Below the pieces are notes generated by a model. It was given only the letters and a program-made list of their open reading frames with translations. It was not told the origin of the DNA and searched no databases. From Octopus vulgaris (taxonomy: Eukaryota), in NCBI GenBank assembly GCA_951406725.2, contig OX597832.1:25296001-25360000 (forward strand): a stretch of DNA of 64,000 nt. The letters are read 5' to 3'. The number at the start of each line of letters is the position of its first letter. Within the stretch, counting starts at the first letter, position 1. The translations under genes were made by a program, and so were the position numbers. Shown in pieces: positions 25,811 through 41,345 of this stretch.

Positions 25811-26409
25811 ATTAATGGAGGATGTGCCAGAGGACCCTATTCCTCACGTGTCCCCCAAACGCAATAGGCAGCAAAGTGGATGGAATAAATGAACAGTATA
25901 GTCAGTGTACGAAGGGCTGTACCATAAACTCCTTTGGGGTTTCTAAGTCCCATGCGGGAAAAAAAAAAAAGGAAAATGAATTATCATCGGGCATATGGCG
26001 TAGTGGTTTGGGTAATCGGCGAACGATCGTAAGGTCGCGAGTTCGATTCCTGACGGTGCTTTCTGTCCTTGAGCAAAGCACTTTATTTCACGTTGCCCCA
26101 GTTACTCAACTGGCAAAAATAGGTTATGCCTGTCATTCAAAAGGCCGAAATTGTCACGTTCTGTGTCATGCTGAAACGCCGCGTGGACTACTTTAAGGGT
26201 ACGCGTGTCTATGGAATGCTCAGGGAGGGAACCAGTCGATTATACCGACCTCAGTATGCAACTGGTTCTTAATTAATCGACCCCGAAAGGATGAAAGGCA
26301 AAGTCAACCTCGGCAGAATTTGAACTCAGAACGTAGCGGCAGACAAAATATAGCTAATAGTGCTAGAACAAGCATTAGTAGTAGTGGTGTTGGTGGTGGT
26401 GGTAGTAGC

Positions 26410-26462
<53 letters not shown>

Positions 26463-26594
26463 CAGCACCAGCAGCAGTAGAGGGAGGAGGAGGAGGACAT
26501 ATAAAAGTGCTTCTCGGATACCCCACTCTGCTTTCTTCCCACTAGTTGTTCGGCCATTTTCACTCGCTACTGGCCCAATCCCACCACCTCGCCT

Positions 26595-26626
<32 letters not shown>

Positions 26627-26859
26627 TCCTTCTTCCTTTCTTTTTCCTTTTCTGTGTTTCTTTCTTTCCCTGTTTCGTTACATCTCTTAGTCTCTCCCCG
26701 TCTCTCTCTCTCTCTCATTCTCTCTCTTTCTCTATTCATCCATCTACCCACCCACCCATTCATCCATCTATCCATCTATCTATATATATCTATCTATCTA
26801 TCTATCCTTGCAAGTGGGTAACCCTCTGTTTTCAATTTCTGGGTTCATAGAATTATGCT

Positions 26860-27429
26860 CAAGGTGGCTTCGTCATTCATATGTGCCATCCTTGCTACAT
26901 TCACCCATCTTTTTTTAAAAGCATAATCCTATGAACCCAGAAATTGAAAACAGAGGGTTACCCACTTGCAAACAAATGTGGTAGCATATAACAATATTGA
27001 CCGAGGTTACCGTGGTCTTTTTCGTAGGCGTTTCTTCCCACGGATAAACCTTATCTGCTTCTCCCTTTACACCGTACCTCATGACACTGTGATACACGAT
27101 CCCTGTTGATCGTTTTTTTCCTCTTCCCCTTTTTTCTTTTTTCTTTTCTTTTGTTTCTTTTCCCTTTTTTTCTTTTTTTCTTTTTTCCCTTTTACGATCT
27201 TTTTTGATCGAAAACCTACGCCACTTTTTTTTCTTCATCCCCCAAAAGAAAAGCTCTACCTTGTAATTTGTCCCATTTGTGTGCAGCCCTGTGTGGCCAA
27301 TAAAGAAACTTATCTATCTATCTATCTAAAACCTACGCCACCCCCTTTTTTTCATCCCCCAAAAGAAAAGCTCTACCTTGTAACTTGTCCCATCTGTGTG
27401 CAGCCCTGTGTGGCCAATAAAGAAACTTG

Positions 27430-27492
<63 letters not shown>

Positions 27493-27720
27493 GACTTCAT
27501 TGACCGAGGTTACCGTGGTCTTTTCCGTAGGCTTTTCTTTCCACGGGTAAACCTCACCTGTCCTCCCCTTTACACTTCATATTGACATTTCTGTGATAAC
27601 GATCCCTATTATTCATTTCCCCCCTTTTTTTAACCCCTCCCTTTTTTTTGTCCCCTTTCTTTCCTTTTACGATCCCTTTTGATCGAAAACCACCACTCTA
27701 TTTTTATTTTTTAAATTTTT

Positions 27721-27751
<31 letters not shown>

Positions 27752-27836
27752 TTTTTTTTTTTTACCCCCAAAAGAAAAGATCTACCTTGTAATTTGTTCT
27801 ATCTGTGTGCAGCCCTGTGTGGCTAATAAAGAAACA

Positions 27837-27869
<33 letters not shown>

Positions 27870-27872
27870 GTA

Positions 27873-27950
<78 letters not shown>
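26860..27950 (+). mobile_element. three tandem 3' ends of a Tx1/L1-type LINE, each ending in (TATC)n
   Basis: gtgcagccctgtgtggc(c/t)aataaagaaac-(TATC)n occurs at about 27281, 27397 and 27807. The 3' UTR ttgaccgaggttaccgtggtc is shared with the element at 46520-47930. Confidence 0.75.
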
Positions 27951-27956
<6 letters not shown>

Positions 27957-28308
27957 CATCTCTCTTCTTGCCTTATTCCTCATCAGCTTTCCACTCCGTC
28001 TCGACTTCCCTCCTTCTCGACCGTTCTTTATCGATCTCTGCCATCATATTGTCCCCAACCAGGAGGCATTATGCACCAAAGTAGACGAGCGCAAGTCTTC
28101 AGGACGCTCCACCCATTCTCGCCATTGTTTTCCCTGCTAATATCGATATTGCTGTTGTTATTCTTTGTCGTCATCGTCGACGTCGTTATTGTTGTTTTTC
28201 TCAGTGGCGAAGAAATACAACAAAATCATTTAGCGAAAGGGGACAGGTGAGGGGAGAGCGGTAGAAATAGCATAAGGTAGGTAGATAGGTAGGTGGATAG
28301 ACAGATAG

Positions 28309-28623
<315 letters not shown>

Positions 28624-29099
28624 GACAGACAGATGGAAGGGTAGACGAAAAGATAGGTAGGCAGGTAGGTAGGTAGGTAGGTAGGTAGGTAGGTAGGTAT
28701 AGATAAACAGATAGATAGACAGAAAGATCGTAATGAGTGAGAGAGAGGGAGAGAAATAGACAGAGAATGAGAGAGAAAGAATCAGAAAGGGAGAGACCGA
28801 GCAAGGGAGAAAGAATGAGAGAGAAACATCGAAGACCATTCCTATATAAAAGTCTGTTATTTTCTGTTATTTGCCTCGACGGGAAAACAAGACAAAATCT
28901 AACACACAAACACACACACTTACACATACACACATATATATATATATATACATACACACACACGTATGTATGTATATTTTTACACATGTATATACGTATG
29001 TAGCTATATATATATATATATGCATATATACATATACAGGCATTTATATATACACATATGCATATATTTATATATCATATATATATACATACATATATT

Positions 29100-29156
<57 letters not shown>

Positions 29157-29867
29157 TTATATATATACATATGTAGTATATTTATATACATGTATATATA
29201 TATGTAGCTATGTACATATACAGGTATTTATATATACACATACACATACATTTACGTATACAGGCTTTTATATATACACATATGCATACATTTATACATA
29301 CATATATATACCTGCATATATATATATATATACATGTATGTATGTATGTATGTATGTATGTATGTATGTATGTACACGCACACACACAGGTGTGTATATA
29401 TATATATCATATGTATGTATATATACACACGTACATGGAAGTGCCCGGAGTGGTAGAAATTCGGATTCATTTATTGTTAAAGATTTGTTTCTTTGAAGCT
29501 CTGAGAAAATTTCATGAGCCAACGTCTGGCGCGATTTTGACCGAACCATAAAGTATTATCAAAAATTGATGTGCATAAATCTAGGAGAGGGTCGATCGCA
29601 ATTGACTTTGGTCCCACCCAAAACCCTTTAATAGCTCCGTCTCTCACTCTCTCTCTCACCCTCTCTCATTCACTTCTCTCCCTTTCTCTTTCTTCCTCTC
29701 TCTCTCTCTGTCTCTCTGTATCTTTCTCTCTGTCTCTCTACTTGTCGTTGTGTCTTTGTCGTTCCTCTTCTCCTGTCTCTTGTCACGCTGTGCTTCGCTC
29801 TTCGCTCTGTCTCGTTCATTCTCTCTCGTTCGGATTTTAGATGTTCTACATTCTACCGTTTCACTCA

Positions 29868-29910
<43 letters not shown>

Positions 29911-29999
29911 ACAGGTAAATAGATAGATAGATACACAAATAGATAGAGAGAAAATAAGAGATATAAGCAGAAAAACAGATGGATAAATAGATAGATGGG

Positions 30000-30084
<85 letters not shown>

Positions 30085-30091
30085 TGATAGG

Positions 30092-30178
<87 letters not shown>

Positions 30179-30461
30179 ATAGAGAGAGATATATAACAAT
30201 GATTTATGATTCTCTCTCTCTCCTTTTTCCTTATTATCCTTCTTTTTCAATCTCTCTCACTCTCTGTATATATGAATGTGTGCGTGCGTTCGTGCGTGCG
30301 TGCGTAAATATGTCCGTATAAATGAATACATACAGACAGACATACTCCCCATCTATTTTTCGAGTGTGTTGAATAACTTTTCTCTTGGCATGAAGCTAAA
30401 AGTTTTAACCAAGAGGTGAATTTTCCATAAGCTTCCTACTACGCTGTTTGACAATAGCGTC

Positions 30462-30520
<59 letters not shown>

Positions 30521-31957
30521 ACAGGGTAAGAGACAGGAAAAAACACACAAACACAGATACACACATACACACGTGTACACATATACATATGTACGCGCAT
30601 ACATTTATGAATTGGCGCTCACTTGCCGACGGTTTTGCATTCTGCCGCTTGCTGAGTTTTTTAGGACTAAATTGTCCGAGCTTAAACGTGCGTAACGTAA
30701 TGGCGTCACGTGATGTGTTTGTTGCTCCGCGGCCTGAGTATGTCACCTCTCCACTTCCGTCAACAACCGAGTCAGTCACTCTTTTTCCCTATGTCTACCT
30801 CTGTCTCTGTCTCTGTCTCTGTCTCTCTCTGTCTCTCTCTCTCTGTCTCTCTCTGTCTGTCTCTCTCTCTCTCTCTCGCCTTACTCAACCAACTCTTTCC
30901 CTTTTCATCAAAATGACACTATATATATCTTGTCTGTCGTATAGATGTGCTTGTACGTAAGTAGCATTCTTTGTATGTGTGTGCGCGCGTGCTTGTGTGC
31001 ATGTTTGTGTGTGTTTGTCTGTGTGTTTGTGTGTGTGTGTAAGAGAGAGAGAGAGAGAAAGTAAGAAGGTCTATTCTTAAGCATGTGTATAAATGAGAGT
31101 ACATGAGCTTGCTTCATTCAATTTACAAAACATGTAAACACACAGGCATAAGACACACGTATATACATACAAGCTCTCACACACATTCACACACACACTA
31201 CACATACACACGCACGCACACAGACACACACATGTACAAGATTAATTATGACAGAAGCATAACCAAACAGAACTTCGAAGTCCCTCTCATCATTTTACTT
31301 TAAACATATAAATGCCTTATATTTGTATGCACATAAGTACATACGCATATACATATGCGTGTATCATGTACATATACATATACATACATACACATATACA
31401 CACACACAGACATAACATTCATATACATAAATGTGTGCGTTTGTTTTACAGAAATATACGCTTGTATATATCAATACATAGATTACATGTAGTATTTGTA
31501 TATGTAAAGATGTATGTCATGTATGTACGGATGTGTATGTATGTTAATATATATACATACGCATATATATACATACTATATATATGTGTGTGTATGCATA
31601 TAAACGTATGTATATATATCTATGTGTAAACATGTATAGTATATTACGTTCGTATTTACGTATGTATGTATGTATGTACGTATGTATGTATGTATGTGTT
31701 TATGTGTGTGTGTATGTATGTATGTGTATATGTATGTATGTATGTAAGTATGTATGTATGTATGTATGTATGTATGTACGTATGTATATATGTATGTATG
31801 TATATATGTATGTATGCATGTATGTATGTGTGTGTGTATGTATGCATGTATGTATGCATGCGTGTATGTATGCATGCATGTATGTATGTGTGTGTATGTG
31901 TGTATGTATGTATGTGTGTGTGTAAGTATGTATGTATGTATGTGTGTGTATGTGTGC

Positions 31958-31990
<33 letters not shown>

Positions 31991-32491
31991 TGTATGTACC
32001 TATGTATGTATGTATTTATGTATGTATTGTGTGTGTGTATGTATGTATGCATGTATGTATATGTACGTATTTGTGTATGTATGTATGTATGTATGTATGT
32101 CTTACACGTATGTTTATGTAGCCTACGCATTGAAGTTTTCCGCCATTGCCCCCCCCCCCCATCGGCATCGCAATTTATTGAACAAGACCCACTCCAATAT
32201 GCATCTGTACAACATTGCTCCTGGCAGACGATGAAGTGGTGCAGAGATGTTACTCTATGTGTGACTTAGCTGACTGGCTGACTGACTGACTGACTGACTC
32301 GCTGGCTCACTGCACGGCTACATGAATAGTTCGATGGATGGACGGACGGATGGTTGGTTGGTTGGATGGATGGATGGATGGATGGATGAGCTGGTTCGGT
32401 GGTTAGATATAATAAAACTATCCTGAAGCAATTAATTTAGATTGCGCGAGTGTGTGTGTGTGTGTATGGGTGTGTGTGTATGTATGTGTGC

Positions 32492-32534
<43 letters not shown>

Positions 32535-32729
32535 CATTGTCCTTGTTGTTCTTGCAGTTGCCGTATCGGTGCTCTTAGTGGTAGTGGTGATGTTAGCGTT
32601 CGTATTGTTGTTGTTAACGGTTTTGCTGTTCTTGCTGTTGTAATGTTGATGGTGGTGGTGGTGGTGGTGGTGGTGTTGTTGTTGTTGTGGTGGTGGTGGT
32701 GGTGGTGGTGGTGGTGGTGGTGGTGGTGG

Positions 32730-32765
<36 letters not shown>

Positions 32766-33940
32766 GGTGGTGGTGGTGGTGGTGGTGGTGGTGGTGGTGG
32801 TGGTGGTAATAATGATGGCAGTGATGATAATGATGATGGTGACGATGGTGATGATGATGATGATGATGATAGTGGGGGGATTGGGGTGGAGGCAGGAGGT
32901 TTGTGGCGGTGGGATGGTTGCTTTGTTAGTGGTGGTTATTAGTGGTAATGGTGGCGTATTAGGGTTGGTGGTGGTGGTGAGGGTTTGATGGCAATCACGG
33001 TGGTGGTGATGGTCGTAGTGGTCGCAGTAGTGCTGCTGCTGATGATGATGATGATGAGGAGGAGGAGGAGGAGGGGGAGGAGGAGGAGGGGAGGAGGTGG
33101 ATGGTGACGATGATGATGATGATAGTGGTGGCAGTAGTGGCGGAGGCAGTGGTGGTGGTGGTGGTGGTGGTAACGTTGTTAATGGTGTTGGTGGTAGTGG
33201 TGGTGGTGATGTTGCTGTTAATGGTGGTGGTGGTGGTGGTGGTGTTGTTGTTGTTATTGGCGGTGGTGGTAGTGGTGGTAGTGATGTTGTTGTTGTTAAT
33301 GGTGGTGGTGGTGGTGGTGGTGGTGATGATGGTTATGATCAATCACAATAATGGCGTTATTACAAATGGTGTTTCGGCGGGGAGATGCCTGTGCCACCGG
33401 TGATCCTGGCAGAAGAGATTATATTAGTTGCGATGCTGTTTGAAATAGTTTAACGATAGTGATGCATTTTTCTTATAAGGTAAATTAACAATATAACACA
33501 TATACTTTACCTAATCTTAGAAACATAGCCATTTAAGATATAATCACAAATCAGGAAGCCCCTCCTTGGCTGCTTAACGGATATCAACGTGATTTCGAGA
33601 CTTAAAGTTAGGATCACTGCTTGCGAACAGTGACAAATATACATAGAAACATATAATCAAACGCTGCCTTGGAATATACAAGCCTAATAATGTGCAACTG
33701 AACCATAATTACAAAATTAATGCGAAGACACCCGCGCATGCACGCACACACACGCACACATACATACACATATACACACACGTATATATATATATACGTA
33801 TATATATATATATATATATATACACCAGGAGGCGCTAAATAAATCCTGGCTTTAAGGGTATCGCGAAATATATTACAAAATTAATGCGAAGAAACCCACG
33901 CATGCCGCACATACACGCACACATACACACATGCACACAC

Positions 33941-33989
<49 letters not shown>

Positions 33990-33993
<4 letters not shown>

Positions 33994-34175
33994 GAGGTGC
34001 TGAATAAATCCTAGTTTTAAGGATATCGCGAAAGGTCTGGTTGGAGGTCCAACATGTCAAGTTCTTTTACAGGGCTTAGAAAAACTGAAGGGCCGCTGCA
34101 GTAAGGGTGTGAATCTGAGAGGGAAATATGTTGAATAAAATTATAATTAACTGGAACTTTTCAACACCCCTTCAT
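33990..34175 (+). mobile_element. non-autonomous Tc1/mariner derivative
   Basis: Degenerate TIRs (tgaggaggtgctgaataaatcc / ggaacttttcaacaccccttca) in a TA context. The interior encodes a transposase C-terminal remnant, GLEKLKGRCSKGVNLRGKYVE*. Confidence 0.7.
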
Positions 34176-34216
34176 GTATATATATATATGTATAGATATA
34201 TGTGTGTGTGTAGTGT

Positions 34217-34277
<61 letters not shown>

Positions 34278-34860
34278 CGCCTACGAAAGGAACGCTTCTA
34301 GTCCAGTCATGGAAATAGGTTAACAGAGAATAGTTCGTCTCAATTCTATTCAACAGTACTCAGTTATCGATGTGTGTTTATATATGTGTGTGTATGAGTG
34401 TGAATATTTTTGTGTTTGTGTGTGTACGTGTCTGTTAATACCTGCAGCAGCAGCAGCAGTAGCAGTAGTAGTAGTTGTTGTTGTGCTAGACGCTGTTGTT
34501 GTTGTTGTTGCTGTTGTTGTATGAATCTGAACATTTCAAAGTACATTTCTTGAGGTTCCCACGGCTATTTTAGCTCCAGGCTTTGCCAGTTAATTCCGAC
34601 TTATACGATTCAAAAAAGACTAACTTCCTTATTATCATTATTTTTGATCTTGTTCTTGTTGTTGTAGCTATTATTTTTATCATCATCATCATCATCATCA
34701 TCATCATTATTACTATTATCAATATTATTCTTATTATCATTATTAATATTATTATTGTCGTTGTTGTTATGAACATCACCATCATGGTCATCATTTAGGC
34801 TGTTATGTTTTTTATCACTGCTTTTAATTCTTCTTCTTATTATTATTATTACTATTATTA

Positions 34861-34995
<135 letters not shown>

Positions 34996-35063
34996 TTTTA
35001 TTATTATTATTATTATTATTATGATTATTATTATTATTATTATTATTATCATTATTATTATTA

Positions 35064-35158
<95 letters not shown>

Positions 35159-36371
35159 CATTATGAAAATCATGTCGAATATGACTGAATGTGAATGCTG
35201 AGGGAGGATGAAATTCGGCGGTCGGTAGGAGATGGACGGGATGATGGTAGGCAGAGAAGCAAAAGAAGAAGAGAAGAAGAAGGAGGAAGAGGAGGAAGAG
35301 GAGGAGGAGGAGAAAGAAGAGGAAGAATAGGAAGAGGTAGAAGGATGAGGATATGAAGAAGAAAGAGGAGAAGAAGAAAAGGAAGAAGAAAAGGAAGAGG
35401 AAGAGGAGGAGGAGGAGGAGAAGAAGAAGAAGAAGAAGAAGAAGAAGAAGAAGAAGAAGAAGAAGAAGAAGAAGAAGAAGAAGAAGAAGAAGAATTAGTG
35501 ACGATGACCAGAGTGTAAAAAAGATGCAGAAGAAACAGCAATGAAGAACGAAACCATGCTCGCATACTACAGAGCCAAATAATAGAAGGAGGCTCTCAAG
35601 AAAACGATAAGAAGTAAAAGAGTAAAAGAGAGTGTGGGAGAATAAAGACTGAGAGGCCAATTGCTTAGGAGAGAAAGACTTTTGTAAAAGTATTCTTAGA
35701 AAATACATACAGAAATATGAACAACAAAATAAAACGAATAGATCTTTGCGATGAGTGTAAATAAAAGTAAAATAGAAAAAAAAATCAGAAACCATGGCAG
35801 AGATACGACAAACGTTGTTTCATCTTGCGACTAATTAGAATCGAAACATTACTGCCGTGGTTTAGCTGTTCTTTGACAGCTGGCAACATTAAAACGATTC
35901 GTTGTGAGAGATTCTAGGAATGGTAAATTTCTGAGTTACGGAGGAGTTTTCTCTCTTAAAGAGGTTCTGTGAAATATTGAGTAACGTTCGCTGTTTTATT
36001 GCTGCGCTCTTCAGTAGAAACGTGGCGTCATTTCTGCATAAATACATAGATCTGTGCATGTGAGTGTGTGTGTGTAGGAGGGTGAGTGTGGGAAAGAGCG
36101 AGGGAATATTTATATGATAATCATAGTTGTCTCAGTTAAGCGCGTGGACATATATACACGCACCCGAGAGTGTGTACGCGTGTGATTCTGTGTGTGCGCG
36201 CGCACGTGTATACATATATATATATAAATGTACATTGTGACAAATACACACAGACACACACACATATATGTGTGTATATATATATGATACATTCATATAC
36301 CTATTTATACATTTGTATATGGGTTTCTCTGTGTACATACGTATGAGCATTTTCTTGTGTGCATGTGTGCG

Positions 36372-36467
<96 letters not shown>

Positions 36468-36581
36468 TGTATGTATATATTTGCATATTTACATATATAT
36501 GTATGTATGATATGCACATACAAATAAATATATGTATGTGTATATATACATATATGTATACAAATATATATATATATGTAC

Positions 36582-36665
<84 letters not shown>

Positions 36666-38148
36666 TCGTACGCATATGTGTATGAGTATGTATATATACT
36701 GAGATATCCAAAGTAACGTAAATTACTTAAGCACATGAATGGCAAATCAACAGGAACACACACTGGACAACGCTACACTGAACGTCGTGCGCAAAATCCT
36801 CATAATAATAATTGCAATTTCCTTCGTAGTCATTTAACACTTGCGTAATATAATATTTGCATAGAAAACTATATTTGAAGAAATAAGAACAACAACAATC
36901 AAATATATAAATAAATTAATATAAGCAACATTCAATCAGCTAATATGGTGATGTGATCGGAGCGATATATTGATGGTTTGTTAATTTGCACTGAATGGCA
37001 CCAACGAAGATTAAGTCGTCTAAATATTGACAAATGGTCTGTTTAGCTTATTGTTGTTGCGCTTCTTAATCAATGATTGACATACACGACGATGTGTCAA
37101 TGAACGCATATAGAATGTAAAGTTTTTCTGCATAACCTATGCTGTCCACTGACTGTCCTTGTTTATCTTAAAACTGGACATAATTAAGTTGAATTGAAAT
37201 GGAATGGAGAGAAATGGATGAGACTGTGATCGATATCTCTGCCATCCTTTAGTTCGTTGTAGCCATCTTGGCTAAGACCATGCTGGAACACCGCATTCAA
37301 TAAATAACATATTTATCCTTCAAGCATCATTTATGTTTTTTCCTATTTTGTATTTTTTACATTGCAACTACGATCCAATGAAAGAACCACTATGTGGTCT
37401 CACTATTTGTTAGAAATAGAAAACAACCCTTTCTCAAATTATACTACAATGTTTTTTTTTATAAAATGAAGTGCAAATTGAATAATGCAAGTCTGGACCA
37501 ATGTATCCAAGGATCAAGTGACAATATGGGGATATTTGGATCGTCTTTGGTCGTATGCCTGTTTCATAAAGACTAACCGTGAGTTAGATAGCAAAAACTA
37601 AGCAACATTGCGACTTCCTCCTTGCTATCACACTATACTCGAACAACTATATCGATCCCCAGTACTCAACTGGTACTTAATTTATCGACCCCGAAAGTAT
37701 AAAAGGGAAAGTCGACCTTGGTGGAATTTGAACTCAGAACGTGAAGACGGACGAAATACAGCTAAGCATTTCTCCCCGCGTGTTAACAATTCTGCCAGGT
37801 CGCCGCCTTTGTGTTTCACAATAATCCTTTCTACTGGAAGCATCTGGCCCGAAATTTTCGGCGAAGAAATTAAGTCGATTGCATCGACCCCAGTACGTAA
37901 CTGGTACTAATTTTATCGACCTCGAAAGGATGAAAGACAAAGTCTACCTCGACGGGATTTGAACTCTGAACGTAGTGACTGGTGAAATATAACTAAGTAT
38001 TTCGTTCGTCGTGCAAACGTTTCTGTTCCATAATAATAATAACAGTAATAACTAGCGGATGGAAATTCATAGAGTTGATTAATGCATCGCAACCTATGTT
38101 ATTCTCATGAGGAAACAATTTTTCATATCCAGAAGATTTTATTGAAGA

Positions 38149-38544
38149 CTAGCAGTATCGCCCGGCGTTGCTCAGGTTTGTAAGGGAAACAACTATATAA
38201 GCATTTTTAGAGAGTTATAGCCAAAAAATAGCAAAAGAATGCATTAAAAATGGAAAAAAATTATGGTAATTTTTTTTTAAATTGTTGACTCATCGTAGAC
38301 ATTTTCAGAGAGTTACTTCCCTTATATAATAGCGAAAAAATGCATTAAAATGGAAAAAAATGATGGTAATTTTTTTTTTAAATCGTAGACTCATCGTAGA
38401 CGCGCGCTAATACCCAGAAGGGCTCGATATGAATCACGACTATAAGATACCCGGTTTTGGTTAAACTGCACCGCAAAATGTGGGAGTAGTTAGGAATCTA
38501 AATCGTAGGAGACAGACACACAACTTGACTTTTACATATAAAGA
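38149..38544 (-). mobile_element. non-autonomous Helitron
   Basis: The minus strand starts A|TC, ends CTAG|T, and has a subterminal hairpin CCTG-AGCAACG-CCGGG about 12 nt from the end. It also has an internal ~60-nt direct repeat. Confidence 0.85.
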
Positions 38545-38829
38545 TTACTCCTATTTTGAAATTTCCTCCGTTTGGCCAGCCGGCAGAATCGTTAGCACGC
38601 CGGACAGGGTTTCGTCTATCTTTACGTTCTCAGTTCAACTTCCATCGCGGTCTTTTCTTTCCCGGGTCTTTCGTATTTTTTTTTTGTGGGTGGGGTGGGG
38701 GCAATAAAATAAATTACCAGTTGAGCACAGGGGTCGATGTAATCCACTAGCCCCTTCTCCCACCAGAACAACAAAAAGAAAAAAAAATCAGGTATGTCTA
38801 TCGTTGAAAGGATCACCAACACCACCACC

Positions 38830-38863
<34 letters not shown>

Positions 38864-39171
38864 TCATCATTTTCATTATCATCCTTCATTATTATCCTTA
38901 TTGTGGGTGGGCGTCGATTCGCCGTTCCATATCTGTCAATACGACGGAAGTGGGGAAGCGGTTTCACTTGTAATGACGAATACGATTCTCAAAAAACAAG
39001 TGACATACATAGATCATGGTGGTGGTGGTTCTGGTGGTGGTGGTTGTGGTGATGGTGGCGGAGGTGGCGTTCATTGAGGCTAAAAACGCTAAGGGCTGAA
39101 AAGAGCTACTGATCACAGAACACTTACTGGATACTTCAAGATCTGCCTTGAGTAGGGAAACAGCAATTGCA

Positions 39172-39256
<85 letters not shown>

Positions 39257-39405
39257 AGAAGGAGGAAAAGGAGAAGAAGGAAGAGAAGGAGAAGAAGGAG
39301 AAGAAGGAAGAGAAGGAGAAGAAGGAGAAGAGGAAGAAGGAGAATAATAATAATAATAAGAAGAAGAAGAAGAGGAGGAAGAAGTAGGAGAGGAAGAAGG
39401 AGAAT

Positions 39406-39507
<102 letters not shown>

Positions 39508-39598
39508 AAGAAGAAGAAGAAACAGAAGTTTACCCAGCTCTCAGAGATGTTTGAACAGAGTGAGTAGGAGAGAAAGAAAGACAGACAGGGTATGTTAG

Positions 39599-39637
<39 letters not shown>

Positions 39638-40565
39638 TGTGTAAGGGTTTATCTTATGTGGGTGATATGAGAGGATACAAACACCCACTTCAAGCCAAGA
39701 AAGAGGTCTTCAACAAGATGATGGCTCACGATGATGTAAACACAGCATCGTTTGTTACCTTACAAAGAAATAATTCTATGGCTTTCTGTTTCGTAACGAT
39801 AACCAGTTATTTTATATTCCATTGTATCAGCAATCATTTTCTGAGGTGGGGAGGTGGGCGGGTGGTTGAAGTTCAGTCATTAGATAGCGGCCATGTTGGA
39901 GCACTGCCTTGAAGAATTGACGCCGCTACATAATTTACTAAAAACCCCCGTTCTTATTCTATCGGTCTCTTTTGGCGAACCGCTAACGTTACGGGGACAT
40001 AAACACACCAACACCATTTTCCAAGTAGTCGGGCGGGAGACAAACACATATACACACGCACGCGCGCACACACACATATGTGAGCAGATATGGTTGACGG
40101 AAACTGAAAGAAGCCCGTTGTATATATATATTTACGCACAGACACATACACATGTGTATGTGTGTAAATATATATACAACGGGCTTCTTTCAGTTTCCGT
40201 CAACCATATCTGCTCACAAGGTTTTAGTTGGTCCGAGGATATAGTTGAAGACACTTGTTCAAGGTGCCAGTCGGGATTGAACTCGCAACCACGTGCTTAG
40301 GAAGCAAATTTCCGACCGTGTGCCAAAATTAGGAAGAATTATTGTTCTTTTCTACTCTAGGCATAACGCCAGAAATTTTGGGGGAAGGGGCCAGTCGATT
40401 ATACCGACCCCAGTATGCAACCGACCACGAAAGAATGAAAGGCAAAGTCGACCACGGCAGAATTTGAACTCGGAACGTAAAGACAGACGAAGGAAGAATT
40501 ATTAACAATACAAGGTTAAATTCAAAATTGATCTCCGCAGAATTTCACATACATGTTTGCACACA

Positions 40566-40628
<63 letters not shown>

Positions 40629-41280
40629 GCACACACGCATGCAGGCGCGCGCGTGCACACACACACACAATGGTTTTTGATTTAGGTACAAGTTCAGCAG
40701 ATATGATGGCATGTGGTTAGTTGATACCATGAAACCTGGAACTTGATTGGTGCTGTTTTATCGTCCTCCGAAAGACGAAAGGCAGAAATTGGCCTGTAGC
40801 GGATTTGAACTCAGAATTTAAAGAACCGTAACAAATACTGCATGCCACTTTGTTCGTCGCACTAACGACTCTACCATCCCACCAGACACACGTCAGCAAT
40901 TTTGATGGAAGGGTGTTATTCAATATTATCTATTCCAGTACTTGGCTCGTGTTTTGTTTTATCAACCTATGCTGGGATTTGAACTCTAAATAAACACAAC
41001 AGAACTTTGTTTTACAAACTGAATTCGTTCTTGAAGGCTATTCATTACCGGAAATGTCTTTTACTCTTTCAGTCATTTCATTGTGGCCATGCTGGAGCAC
41101 CGCCTTTAGTCGAGAAAACCGACCCCAGGATTTATTCTTTATAAGCCTAGTACTTATTGTATCGGTTTCTTTTGCCGAACCGCTAAGTTACAGGGACGTA
41201 AACACCCCAGTATCGGTTGTCAAGCGATATTGGGAGGACATACACAGACACAGACACACACACACACACACACACACACA

Positions 41281-41345
<65 letters not shown>

